Origin: Candidatus Falkowbacteria bacterium
Lineage (GTDB): Bacteria > Patescibacteriota > Patescibacteriia > Patescibacteriales > UBA12465
Direction: 5' to 3'
DNA: 64,000 nucleotides
Assembly (NCBI GenBank): GCA_012800315.1
Contig: JAAZJO010000010.1
Location: forward strand, 45,942-109,941
Shown piece by piece: positions 48,604 through 57,181 of the stretch. The notes beneath the pieces are model-generated. The model had not been told where the DNA came from. It made no database searches and saw only the letters and a list, made by a program, of their open reading frames with translations. The stretch's first letter is position 1, and each line of letters starts with the position of its first letter. A program made the translations under genes and the position numbers.

Positions 48604-49621
48604 AATCACAAACGTTATCTGTAAAAGCTTTACGTCGACAATTCCCATGATTTTGGTTTGAACCACAGGTTGGGTGTTGTTCTGTAGAAGCGCATTTATA
48701 ATCATCTTCTTTGGGGTCTCCACAGGCTGCTCCAGGCGGTAGACAAGGTTGACAAGATCCATTTTGACAATATCCAAAAGCAGTTAATGGAACTGTTGTT
48801 TGTCCAGAGGTTGATAATTTTGTGTAAGTACAAGCCTCTTTATCTTTTTTTCCTTCACAACCACCAGAAAATAAATCTGATGAATTTGGAATATACGGTG
48901 CGGTAGTAGTATTTGTTTTTTCGCATTTATATTGGTCTGCAGACGAGACTCTAATATACCCTAAATCTAATGATCCACAAGGATAATTTGAGTTAATAGT
49001 GACTCCTGAGGCCTCTAAGTCTTTGGCCCATTTGCAATCACTTAATTCTCCGGTTCCTAAGTTTGATTTGCAACAACAATCATCATAGTGATTATTTACT
49101 TCTTTAGCTACTAATTTATTTACAGCGATAGGTTGTAAATTAACCAGTTTAGGATTAATAGTGTTTAATATTGTCCAGGAGATAAGTAAAATAATTAAAC
49201 CAACGATGCTGCCAGAAATTAAATTTTTTGCTTTAGAAATTTTACCTGAATCACCACCAGAAGTTAACCAGATAAGACCAGCACCCATTAATATAATAGT
49301 GGCTAAAATTCCGACAATAGCTAGTCCATAATTATAAAAAGATCCAATATATCTTGGTAATAAATCAGTATAGATTTTTCCATCTTTTAACGAGTCAACT
49401 GGAATCGGAGTTCCTTTTTGAAATTCAGAGTCAGGAATAGTAACCTGCGGCGTAAAGTTTAGGGTATCTTCCAGATCTACTTTGGCGGCCATAGCTGATA
49501 GAGGAACTGATAAAATAAATATTGCGCCTATAACTTGTAGCCCCAAAAATAGTCTGATTAAAATTTTATTAAGATTAGATTTAGGTTTAAACATATTATT
49601 TGCGTAACTATATTTTACCAA
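48596..49621 (-). CDS. Secreted T4SS-pilin-like hairpin protein with Cys-rich C-terminal domain, inserted between porA and porB
   Basis: Signal peptide LIRLFLGLQVIGAIFILSVPLSAMA. Hairpin GLAIVGILATIILMGAGLIWLTSGGDSGKISKAKNLISGSIVGLIILLISWTILNTINP is a paralog of the one in 46541-47734. CCCK motif is followed by about 25 Cys in 170 aa. Confidence 0.5.
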   Translation of the reverse strand: MVKYSYANNMFKPKSNLNKILIRLFLGLQVIGAIFILSVPLSAMAAKVDLEDTLNFTPQVTIPDSEFQKGTPIPVDSLKDGKIYTDLLPRYIGSFYNYGLAIVGILATIILMGAGLIWLTSGGDSGKISKAKNLISGSIVGLIILLISWTILNTINPKLVNLQPIAVNKLVAKEVNNHYDDCCCKSNLGTGELSDCKWAKDLEASGVTINSNYPCGSLDLGYIRVSSADQYKCEKTNTTTAPYIPNSSDLFSGGCEGKKDKEACTYTKLSTSGQTTVPLTAFGYCQNGSCQPCLPPGAACGDPKEDDYKCASTEQHPTCGSNQNHGNCRRKAFTDNVCDYE

Positions 49622-50759
49622 TAAATTTTATTTTTTGACCATTCTTTTTTTTCACATCAGTTACTATTTCTCTAATCATTTTTTGCGTGATATCACGTCC
49701 GCCTAAGCCAACAATATAATTTTTAATATTTAATTGATTATTTGGTAAAGAAGCTTGGATGTCAGAAAACAAGGGACCGGCTTGCCCTAAACTAATTGCT
49801 TTTTCAATGACAGCAATATTTTTGGCCGTTAATAAAATTTGGCTAACTTCTTTTGCAGGAAATGGGCGATAAGTTTTTATTTTCAAAAGGCCAGTTCTCT
49901 GATCATTTTTTAGAGTTTCGCGAATGGTACCAATAACTGAGCCCATAGCTACTAAAATAGTTTCTGGTTTTTTAGGACCAGAGTATTCAACTAAGCCGCT
50001 ATCTTTATTTTTTCTCCCTAAGAGATGCATTAAATCTTTATATTCTTTTTTAATGATAGTTAAACTAGCTGTTAAATCATGGTGTAAGTTTTCCCGGGTT
50101 TCAAAATAATCAGCAGGGGTAGCAAAAATACCAAAAGTCATTGGTTTTTTTGGATTTAAAAACTGATCCGCTTTAGGGGCGTAGTTTGGGAGAAATTTTT
50201 TTATTATTTTTGAGGAAGGGATAATAACCGGCTCAAAAGCATGAGTTAAAATAAAACCATCAACATTAACCATCACTGGCAGGCGTAATTGCTCAGCAAT
50301 TTTGTAAGCTAAAATGTGAAGATCAACAGCTTCTTGATTAGAATCAGCAAAGAAATGAATCCAGCCAGCATCACGAATAGTCATAACATCGCTATGATCA
50401 TTCCAAATATTTATAGGAGCAGAAATAGCGCGATTAGCGCAAGTCATAACTACGGGCAATCTTAGGCCAGCGATGTTAAAAATAACCTCAGTCATTAATA
50501 GCAAACCTTGTGAACTAGTAGCGCTATAACTACGCACACCGGTAGCGCTAGCGCCTAAAATAATTGAGGCAGCCGCAAATTCGCTTTCTGCTCTTAGATA
50601 TTCATAATCAGCCTCGCCATCCGCTTTTAGTTTGGCTAGTTTTTCAACAATGTGAGTTTGGGGGGTGATTGGGTAAGCGGAAATGACTGCTGGTTTAATA
50701 TTTTTAATCACAGCCGCAATAGCTTGAGAACCTTCTAAGAGTTGTTTTTTATTTTCCAT
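49608..50759 (-). CDS. porA: 2-oxoacid (pyruvate):ferredoxin oxidoreductase alpha subunit
   Basis: 383 aa. GSQAIAAVIKNIKPAVISAYPITPQT is the PorA N-terminus. Transketolase-like Pyr domain. Confidence 0.85.
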   Translation of the reverse strand: MENKKQLLEGSQAIAAVIKNIKPAVISAYPITPQTHIVEKLAKLKADGEADYEYLRAESEFAAASIILGASATGVRSYSATSSQGLLLMTEVIFNIAGLRLPVVMTCANRAISAPINIWNDHSDVMTIRDAGWIHFFADSNQEAVDLHILAYKIAEQLRLPVMVNVDGFILTHAFEPVIIPSSKIIKKFLPNYAPKADQFLNPKKPMTFGIFATPADYFETRENLHHDLTASLTIIKKEYKDLMHLLGRKNKDSGLVEYSGPKKPETILVAMGSVIGTIRETLKNDQRTGLLKIKTYRPFPAKEVSQILLTAKNIAVIEKAISLGQAGPLFSDIQASLPNNQLNIKNYIVGLGGRDITQKMIREIVTDVKKKNGQKIKFIGKI

Positions 50760-50764
50760 ATTAC

Positions 50765-51040
50765 TTAAAAATCATTTTCCATTTTTATAGCTTTAACTGG
50801 GCATTCGTGTGCACATAGACCACAGCCTTTGCAATAGTCATAATTTATTTTTGCTTTTATTTTTTCCGTTTTAATCTGTTTTTTCATTTCAATACAGCCT
50901 TCTGGACAAAGCTTGGCACATAATGAGCAGCCGACACAGGTATTTAAATTAATTACTGGCTTGACTGTTCGCCAAGAGCCAGTTTTATTAGCTAGGCTAG
51001 AGTTTGCTTGAGCGGAAAGATTAGTGATTGGCGCTTTCAT
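50765..51040 (-). CDS. porD: 2-oxoacid:ferredoxin oxidoreductase delta subunit (2x[4Fe-4S] ferredoxin)
   Basis: Two CxxCxxCxxxCP motifs: CVGCSLCAKLCPEGC and CKGCGLCAHECPVKA. Confidence 0.85.
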   Translation of the reverse strand: MKAPITNLSAQANSSLANKTGSWRTVKPVINLNTCVGCSLCAKLCPEGCIEMKKQIKTEKIKAKINYDYCKGCGLCAHECPVKAIKMENDF

Positions 51041-51581
51041 AATTTTTAGTGATGGCTAAAATATTTTTTTTAATTATTTCTTGTCCCTTTTCTTTAAATT
51101 TTTCAGTAATGGCTTTTTTTAATGATTCTAAGCTAACTAGACCGGTATATTTAGCAAAGGCGCCAAGAATAGTGGTATTAACTATATTTTTCCCGAATAT
51201 TTCCATGGCAATTTCGGTGGCGGCGGTGAAATAAAGATATTTAAATTTTTTCTTTAATTCCGGCCATTTATTTTCTGGAGCATTAATAATTATAATTGTT
51301 TCTGGAGTGCGGCCAGCAAAAACATCAACACTTTCTAATAGTGTAGCATCTTGAATAATTAAAATGCTCGGCTGATAAATTTGTTCACGAGTTGTGATTG
51401 CTTGATGACTGAGGCGGACGAATGATTGGATTGGAGCACCAGTTCTTTCTACACCAAAATTAGGAAAGGCCTGGGCTTCATAGCCTTCGTAAAAAGCAGC
51501 TAGGGCGATAAGCTCAGTGGCTGTAACCACTCCTTGCCCACCGCGTCCATGAATTCTTATTTGTTCCAGTTTATTTTTCAT
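51021..51581 (-). CDS. porG: 2-oxoacid:ferredoxin oxidoreductase gamma subunit
   Basis: IRIHGRGGQGVVTATELIALAAFYEGYEAQAFPNFGVERTGAP is the gamma-subunit signature. Confidence 0.85.
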   Translation of the reverse strand: MKNKLEQIRIHGRGGQGVVTATELIALAAFYEGYEAQAFPNFGVERTGAPIQSFVRLSHQAITTREQIYQPSILIIQDATLLESVDVFAGRTPETIIIINAPENKWPELKKKFKYLYFTAATEIAMEIFGKNIVNTTILGAFAKYTGLVSLESLKKAITEKFKEKGQEIIKKNILAITKNYESANH

Positions 51582-51588
51582 TTTTAGT

Positions 51589-52365
51589 TTAGTTATTTTC
51601 GGTGGTTGTGCTTAGTGATAGTTGCTGTAAAATACCGTCAAACAATTCTCTAAACTTTTCAGTTGGATAATAACCGGTAAGAGGATAATTATTAACAAAC
51701 CAAGTTGGTGTGCCTTGTATTTGGAGAGCTTGACCATCATCATAGTCTTTTTTAATTTCGCTGATATAGGTTCGGTTGTTAAAACAAGCTTCAAATTTCG
51801 CCATATCTAAAACATTGAGAGAGTTAGCCCAAGAAATAATATCAGCTTTTATGGTCGTAGGCTCTTTTAAATAATCTTGATTAAGGAATAGAGAATCAAA
51901 AGCTTCCCAATACTGCCCTTGTTCACCAGCACAACGAGCAGCTAAAGAGAGATCTATTGAAGTGTCATGGATTGGATAATCGCGAACAACGTATCTGACG
52001 GTTTGCTTATATTCTTCAGTTAATTTTCTCATTTCTTCAGAGGCTTGTTTGCAGAAAGGGCAGGCGAAATCATTAAATTCAACGATAGTGATTTTAGGAT
52101 CAGGGGATCCGGTAGCATAGGGACTTCCTCCGTTAATTAAATTTAAATAGATTTGACCTTGATTTTCTAGAGCGTTTAAAGATTCTCCAGCTTGGATACG
52201 CTTTACTTCCTTAATAACATAGATAGTTGAGGCGATGATGGCAGCTAAAACTAAACTTAGGATAAGTAAAAGAATTATCCCCCACCATTTTTTATACCAA
52301 GGGACAAAAAGTTGGCTGTGTCGCGCCTTCATTTCAACATATTTTATTCTGTCGTCTAAATTCAT
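51589..52365 (-). CDS. Membrane-anchored DsbA-like thioredoxin-fold thiol:disulfide oxidoreductase
   Basis: N-terminal TM helix WWGIILLLILSLVLAAIIASTIYVI. Active site is FNDFACPFCKQ (CPFC). It sits 7 nt upstream of porG on the same strand. Confidence 0.65.
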   Translation of the reverse strand: MNLDDRIKYVEMKARHSQLFVPWYKKWWGIILLLILSLVLAAIIASTIYVIKEVKRIQAGESLNALENQGQIYLNLINGGSPYATGSPDPKITIVEFNDFACPFCKQASEEMRKLTEEYKQTVRYVVRDYPIHDTSIDLSLAARCAGEQGQYWEAFDSLFLNQDYLKEPTTIKADIISWANSLNVLDMAKFEACFNNRTYISEIKKDYDDGQALQIQGTPTWFVNNYPLTGYYPTEKFRELFDGILQQLSLSTTTENN

Positions 52366-52417
52366 ATAAATTGAAAAATAAGCTCGTTTAAAGTATAATT
52401 TTATTATAACATAATTT

Positions 52418-53185
52418 ATGAAATTAATCTCTTGGAATGTTAATGGAATTCGGGCGGCGGCTAAGCATGGCTTGGCTCTTTTTTTGCAGGCGGAAAAACC
52501 AGATATTCTTTGTGTTCAAGAAGTAAAAATATCTGATTCCGCTCGTCTTGAGACGAAGCTTGATTTTTCAAATTATACAGAGTATTGGCACAGTGCTAAG
52601 AGACCGGGTTATAGCGGTACAGCTATTTTTGTGAAAGCAGGCTTTCCGGGTGTTTTGCAGGTCAAAAATGGTATTGGGATTGCTAAATTTGATGAAGAGG
52701 GGCGAGTACAGACTTTAGAATTAAAAAAATATTATCTAGTTAATGTTTATTTTCCAAATTCTAATGCTGAATTAACGCGCTTGCCGTATAAATTAGAGTT
52801 TAATAAGGCTTTATTAAAATATCTTAAAAAATTAGAGAAAAATAAACCAGTAATTGTGGCTGGAGATTATAATGTTGCTCATGAACCGATTGATTTAGCT
52901 CGCCCCAAAGAGAACGAAGGAAAGGCTGGCTTTACTTCTGAGGAAAGAGCCTGGTTTTCCTCCTTTTTACAAGCTGGTTTTATTGATACTTTTCGTTATC
53001 TGAACGGTGATCGGGTGCAATATTCTTGGTGGAGTTTTAGAACAGCGGCCAGAACCCGAAATATTGGTTGGCGGATTGATTATTTTTGTGTTTCAAAAAA
53101 ATTGAAGAAAAACTTGAAAAAAGCTTATATTTTAGATAAAATTAAAGGCTCAGATCATGCTCCAGTTGGTCTGGAAATAGACTAA
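52418..53185 (+). CDS. xth: Exodeoxyribonuclease III (AP endonuclease)
   Basis: MKLISWNVNGIRAA, DILCVQE and GDYNVAHEPIDL are EEP-family motifs. C-terminal SDHAPV. Confidence 0.85.
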   Translation: MKLISWNVNGIRAAAKHGLALFLQAEKPDILCVQEVKISDSARLETKLDFSNYTEYWHSAKRPGYSGTAIFVKAGFPGVLQVKNGIGIAKFDEEGRVQTLELKKYYLVNVYFPNSNAELTRLPYKLEFNKALLKYLKKLEKNKPVIVAGDYNVAHEPIDLARPKENEGKAGFTSEERAWFSSFLQAGFIDTFRYLNGDRVQYSWWSFRTAARTRNIGWRIDYFCVSKKLKKNLKKAYILDKIKGSDHAPVGLEID

Positions 53186-53212
53186 TTAAAATATATTTTA
53201 ATCCTTTTATAT

Positions 53213-55639
53213 ATGTATAATCACCAAGAAATTGAGAAAAAATGGCAAGAAATTTGGGCTCGCGAGAGGGTTTATCAGACTAAAACAGATCAAAGTAAGC
53301 CAAAATATTATATTTTGGATATGTTTCCTTATCCCTCTGGCGCTGGCCTGCATGTCGGCCATCCGAAAGGCTATATTGCTACTGATATTTTAGCGCGTTT
53401 AAAAATGATGCAGGGTTTTAATGTTTTACATCCCATGGGTTTTGACGCTTTTGGTTTGCCAGCAGAAAATTATGCAATTAAAAATAAACTTCATCCTAAA
53501 ATAGCTACTGATGAAAATATTGCGACTTATAAAAGACAGTTATCAATTTTAGGGTTTTCTTATGATTGGGACAGGGAAGTTAGTACTATAGATCCAGAGT
53601 ACTATAAATGGACGCAATGGATTTTTTTACAAATGTATAAACGTGGTTTAGCTTTTGAATCCAATGAACCGATTAATTGGTGTCCGTCTTGTAAAACAGG
53701 TTTGGCTAATGAAGATTTAGAAGATGGAAAATGCGAGCGTTGTTCTACTCCTGTAATTCAAAAGCCGTTAAGACAGTGGGTTTTACGGATTACTGATTAT
53801 GCCGATCGTTTACTTGATGATTTAGATAAGTTGCCAGGCTGGGAGGATTCAATTAAGGAAATGCAAAGAAACTGGATTGGGCGCAGCGAGGGGGCGGAGG
53901 TTGATTTTAAAATTAAGGATAGTGAGCAAAAAATAAAAGTATTTACCACTCGGATTGATACGATTTTTGGCTGTACCTATATAGTAGTTGCTCCAGAAAA
54001 CAGTTTAGTGACGGAGTTAAAAGAGAAAATTGAGAATTGGAGTGAAGTAGCGCTTTATATTGAAGAATGTCAGAGTAAAACTGATTTACAACGCACAGAT
54101 TTAAATAAAGAAAAAACTGGAGTTTGCTTGAAAGGAGTTAAGGCGATTAATCCTTTTAATCAGGAAGAGGTTGATATTTTTATTGCTGATTATGTTTTAA
54201 ATTCTTATGGTACTGGTGCGGTTATGGCTGTACCAGCTCATGATGAACGTGATTTTGCTTTTGCTAAAAAATTTGGCACCAGAATAAAAGCAGTTATTTT
54301 TCCAGATGAACAGTCAGAGTATGAGGGGAAGGGCGCTTATATAGCAGATGGTTTGTTACGTAATTCAGGAGAGTTTACTGGCTTAAGTTCGCCAGTCGCT
54401 CGTCAAGAAATGATTGCTTATTTAGAGAAAAATAATTTAGGGGCAAAGAAGGTTAATTTCAAAATTAAGGATTGGGTTTTTTCTCGTCAACGATATTGGG
54501 GCGAACCAATTCCATTAATTCATTGTCCGCAATGCGGTGTTGTACCGGTTCCTGAAGAAGAATTGCCATTACTTTTACCAGAGGTGAAGAGTTATGAACC
54601 AACAGATACGGGCGAATCACCATTAGCTCTTATTAGTGATTGGGTTCAGACAACCTGTCCACAGTGTGGTGGTCCAGCAAAGCGAGAAACAAATACTATG
54701 CCACAATGGGCTGGCTCTTGTTGGTATTATTTGCGCTACATTGATCCTCATAATGATCAGGCATTAGTAGATAAGGGTTTAGAAAAATATTGGTCACCAG
54801 TTGATTTTTATGTTGGTGGGGCAGAACACGCTACTCGTCATTTAATTTATGCGCGTTTTTGGCATAAATTTTTATTTGACATTGGAGTAGTTAATTATGA
54901 AGAACCATTCACTAAGCTCCAGCATGTGGGTTTAATTATGGGAGAAGACGGACGAAAAATGAGTAAGCGTTGGGGGAATGTGATTAATCCTGATGAAATT
55001 GTTAGTCAATATGGAGCGGACGCTTTGCGTGTTTATGAAATGTTTATGGGACCTTTTGATCAGGCTTGTAATTGGAACACTAATGGTCTAATTGGAGTGA
55101 GAAAGTTTTTAGAGAAAGTTTATAATTTAGGTGAGTTAGATAATTTTCAAGAAGTAAAAGAAGTTAAGTCCTTGCTCCATAAAACTATTAAGAAAGTTAG
55201 TGCGGATATTGAGAGTTTTTGTTTTAACACAGCTGTTTCTGCTTTAATGATTTTAGTTAATGAAATTGTGGAAGTGAAAAATAAAATTTCTGCTTTACCC
55301 TTAACTAAAGAAGACTTTTTTAAATTATTGCAGATATTATCTCCTTTTGCACCACATATCAGTGAAGAATTAGCTGAATCGCTAGGCTATACGGGCAGTA
55401 TTTTTGCTAGCACTTGGCCACAATATGATGAAAATTTAATTAAGGATGAAAAAATTAATTTGGTTATTCAGGTTAATGGGAAATTAAGAGCCACTTTATT
55501 AGCGTCGGCTGAAATTACGGAGGAGGCTGCTTTAGAATTAGCTCGTCAAGAAAAATTGGTTAGCAAATGGTTAACTGATAAAGAAATCGTTAAAGTAATT
55601 TTTGTGCCGGGGAAATTATTAAATATTGTTGTTAAGTAA
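53213..55639 (+). CDS. leuS: Leucine--tRNA ligase
   Basis: HIGH motif PYPSGAGLHVGHPKGY, KMSKS motif KMSKRWGN, and CP1 editing domain. The ORF is 808 aa. Confidence 0.95.
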   Translation: MYNHQEIEKKWQEIWARERVYQTKTDQSKPKYYILDMFPYPSGAGLHVGHPKGYIATDILARLKMMQGFNVLHPMGFDAFGLPAENYAIKNKLHPKIATDENIATYKRQLSILGFSYDWDREVSTIDPEYYKWTQWIFLQMYKRGLAFESNEPINWCPSCKTGLANEDLEDGKCERCSTPVIQKPLRQWVLRITDYADRLLDDLDKLPGWEDSIKEMQRNWIGRSEGAEVDFKIKDSEQKIKVFTTRIDTIFGCTYIVVAPENSLVTELKEKIENWSEVALYIEECQSKTDLQRTDLNKEKTGVCLKGVKAINPFNQEEVDIFIADYVLNSYGTGAVMAVPAHDERDFAFAKKFGTRIKAVIFPDEQSEYEGKGAYIADGLLRNSGEFTGLSSPVARQEMIAYLEKNNLGAKKVNFKIKDWVFSRQRYWGEPIPLIHCPQCGVVPVPEEELPLLLPEVKSYEPTDTGESPLALISDWVQTTCPQCGGPAKRETNTMPQWAGSCWYYLRYIDPHNDQALVDKGLEKYWSPVDFYVGGAEHATRHLIYARFWHKFLFDIGVVNYEEPFTKLQHVGLIMGEDGRKMSKRWGNVINPDEIVSQYGADALRVYEMFMGPFDQACNWNTNGLIGVRKFLEKVYNLGELDNFQEVKEVKSLLHKTIKKVSADIESFCFNTAVSALMILVNEIVEVKNKISALPLTKEDFFKLLQILSPFAPHISEELAESLGYTGSIFASTWPQYDENLIKDEKINLVIQVNGKLRATLLASAEITEEAALELARQEKLVSKWLTDKEIVKVIFVPGKLLNIVVK

Positions 55640-55656
55640 TATCATTATTAAATAAA

Positions 55657-56526
55657 ATGTCTGATTTATTGCCCGAAATTAGAGAAATTTGTCGTTTATG
55701 CGATATTAAACCAGCTCGGAGCAAGGGGCAGAATTTTTTAGTTAATGAACGTATTTATGATGATATTGTGGCTGCTGCGGAAATTAAAGCAGACGATATT
55801 ATTTTAGAAGTTGGTCCGGGCTTAGGTTTTTTAACTTTAAAATTGGCTAAGCAAGCGGAACGAGTTATCGCGGTTGAGCTTGATGATAAATTAGCTGATT
55901 ATTTACAAACCGGTATTGCAGCTAAGGATATTAAAAATATTGAAATTGTTAATGAAGATATTTTACGTTTTAATCTTGGTCATTATTTAAAGTCTTCAGA
56001 AGAATATAAAATAGTTGCTAATTTGCCCTATAATATTACTTCTATTTTTTTGCGAATCTTTCTTTCCTCGCCTCAGCCACCCCAATCATTAATTTTGATG
56101 CTACAAAAAGAAGTGGCAGAGAGAATTGTCGCTACTCCGCCAAAAATGAATCTTTTAGCTTTGGCGGTTCAATATTATGCCGAAGCAAAGATCGTGCGCG
56201 AGGTAAAGGCGGGCAATTTTTGGCCGGAGCCAAAAGTGGATAGCGCTGTTATAAAAATAGAGGTTAAAAAGCATGCGCCAGCTCACTCACAAACTCTCAA
56301 AAATCAACTAATTAAAGATAAACAATTTTTTCGCTTAGCTAAAATTGCTTTTAGCGCTAAAAGAAAAATGTTAAAAAATAATTTAGCTAGCGGATTAAAA
56401 ATTGATCAAAAAATAATTACTGAGTTACTTATTAAAAATAAATTTAATCCTCAGCTACGAGCGGAAGATTTAAGCCTAGAAGATTGGCGAAAACTATTTG
56501 CGACCTTTAGTGAATTTATGGTATAA
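55657..56526 (+). CDS. rsmA: 16S rRNA (adenine1518/1519-N6)-dimethyltransferase
   Basis: GQNFLVNERI and ILEVGPGLGFLT SAM-binding motifs. NLPYNITS. Confidence 0.9.
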   Translation: MSDLLPEIREICRLCDIKPARSKGQNFLVNERIYDDIVAAAEIKADDIILEVGPGLGFLTLKLAKQAERVIAVELDDKLADYLQTGIAAKDIKNIEIVNEDILRFNLGHYLKSSEEYKIVANLPYNITSIFLRIFLSSPQPPQSLILMLQKEVAERIVATPPKMNLLALAVQYYAEAKIVREVKAGNFWPEPKVDSAVIKIEVKKHAPAHSQTLKNQLIKDKQFFRLAKIAFSAKRKMLKNNLASGLKIDQKIITELLIKNKFNPQLRAEDLSLEDWRKLFATFSEFMV

Positions 56527-56561
56527 TCAAATTAAATTAAAGCTAAGATTATCTTATTTTT

Positions 56562-57158
56562 ATGGCTTCAGCTAGAAATCCTTTAGAGAGAAGAAAAAAT
56601 AAGCAAATTGCCGCTAATTCGCCTCGTAATAAAAAAATAGTGGTGTTATTTTTTAGTTTTTTTGCTATTTTAATACTTATTTTTTCCGGTTGGAGATTTT
56701 ATAAGTTTTTAAATGAACCTTTTAGAGTTGAGGGAGAGGGAAGAAATGAGGTAGATATTAATGCTTATTTAGATCCTCTTGATTCGGATAGTGATGGTTT
56801 GTCTGATTATGATGAAATTAATATTTATCATACTTCTCCGTATTTACCCGATTCGGATAGTGATGGTATTTCTGACTATGATGAAATTATGGCTGGTACT
56901 GATCCGAATTGTCCGACTGGTAAAGTTTGTAATACAGCTGAGACGGTTATTACTCCTAAAGATAATTTAGGCACTGATAATAATATTAATGAAGAAAATA
57001 ATCTTTTAACTAGTGGTGAAGTTACTCCAGATTTTTTAAGACAGATATTAATTCAAAGTGGTTCTGATCCAGAAATAGTGGAGCAAATTAGTGATGAAGA
57101 CTTAATGGCCGCTTATCAAGAAGCAGTTAATAGTCAAGTTGAAGTGATTAGTGAATAA
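56562..57158 (+). CDS. Small type-II membrane protein with two thrombospondin-type-3-like Ca-binding repeats
   Basis: TM helix IVVLFFSFFAILILIFSGW. Two DxDxDGxxDxDE loops: DSDSDGLSDYDE and DSDSDGISDYDE. Confidence 0.4.
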   Translation: MASARNPLERRKNKQIAANSPRNKKIVVLFFSFFAILILIFSGWRFYKFLNEPFRVEGEGRNEVDINAYLDPLDSDSDGLSDYDEINIYHTSPYLPDSDSDGISDYDEIMAGTDPNCPTGKVCNTAETVITPKDNLGTDNNINEENNLLTSGEVTPDFLRQILIQSGSDPEIVEQISDEDLMAAYQEAVNSQVEVISE

Positions 57159-57181
57159 GAATATAGATAGTTTATATAAAA

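Noticed and set aside
56779-56970. ORF 56779-56970 (+) with I/R-rich product
   Set aside because: It is an alternate frame of the TSP3-repeat gene, produced by the duplicated gattcggatagtgatgg repeat. It has no coding signal.
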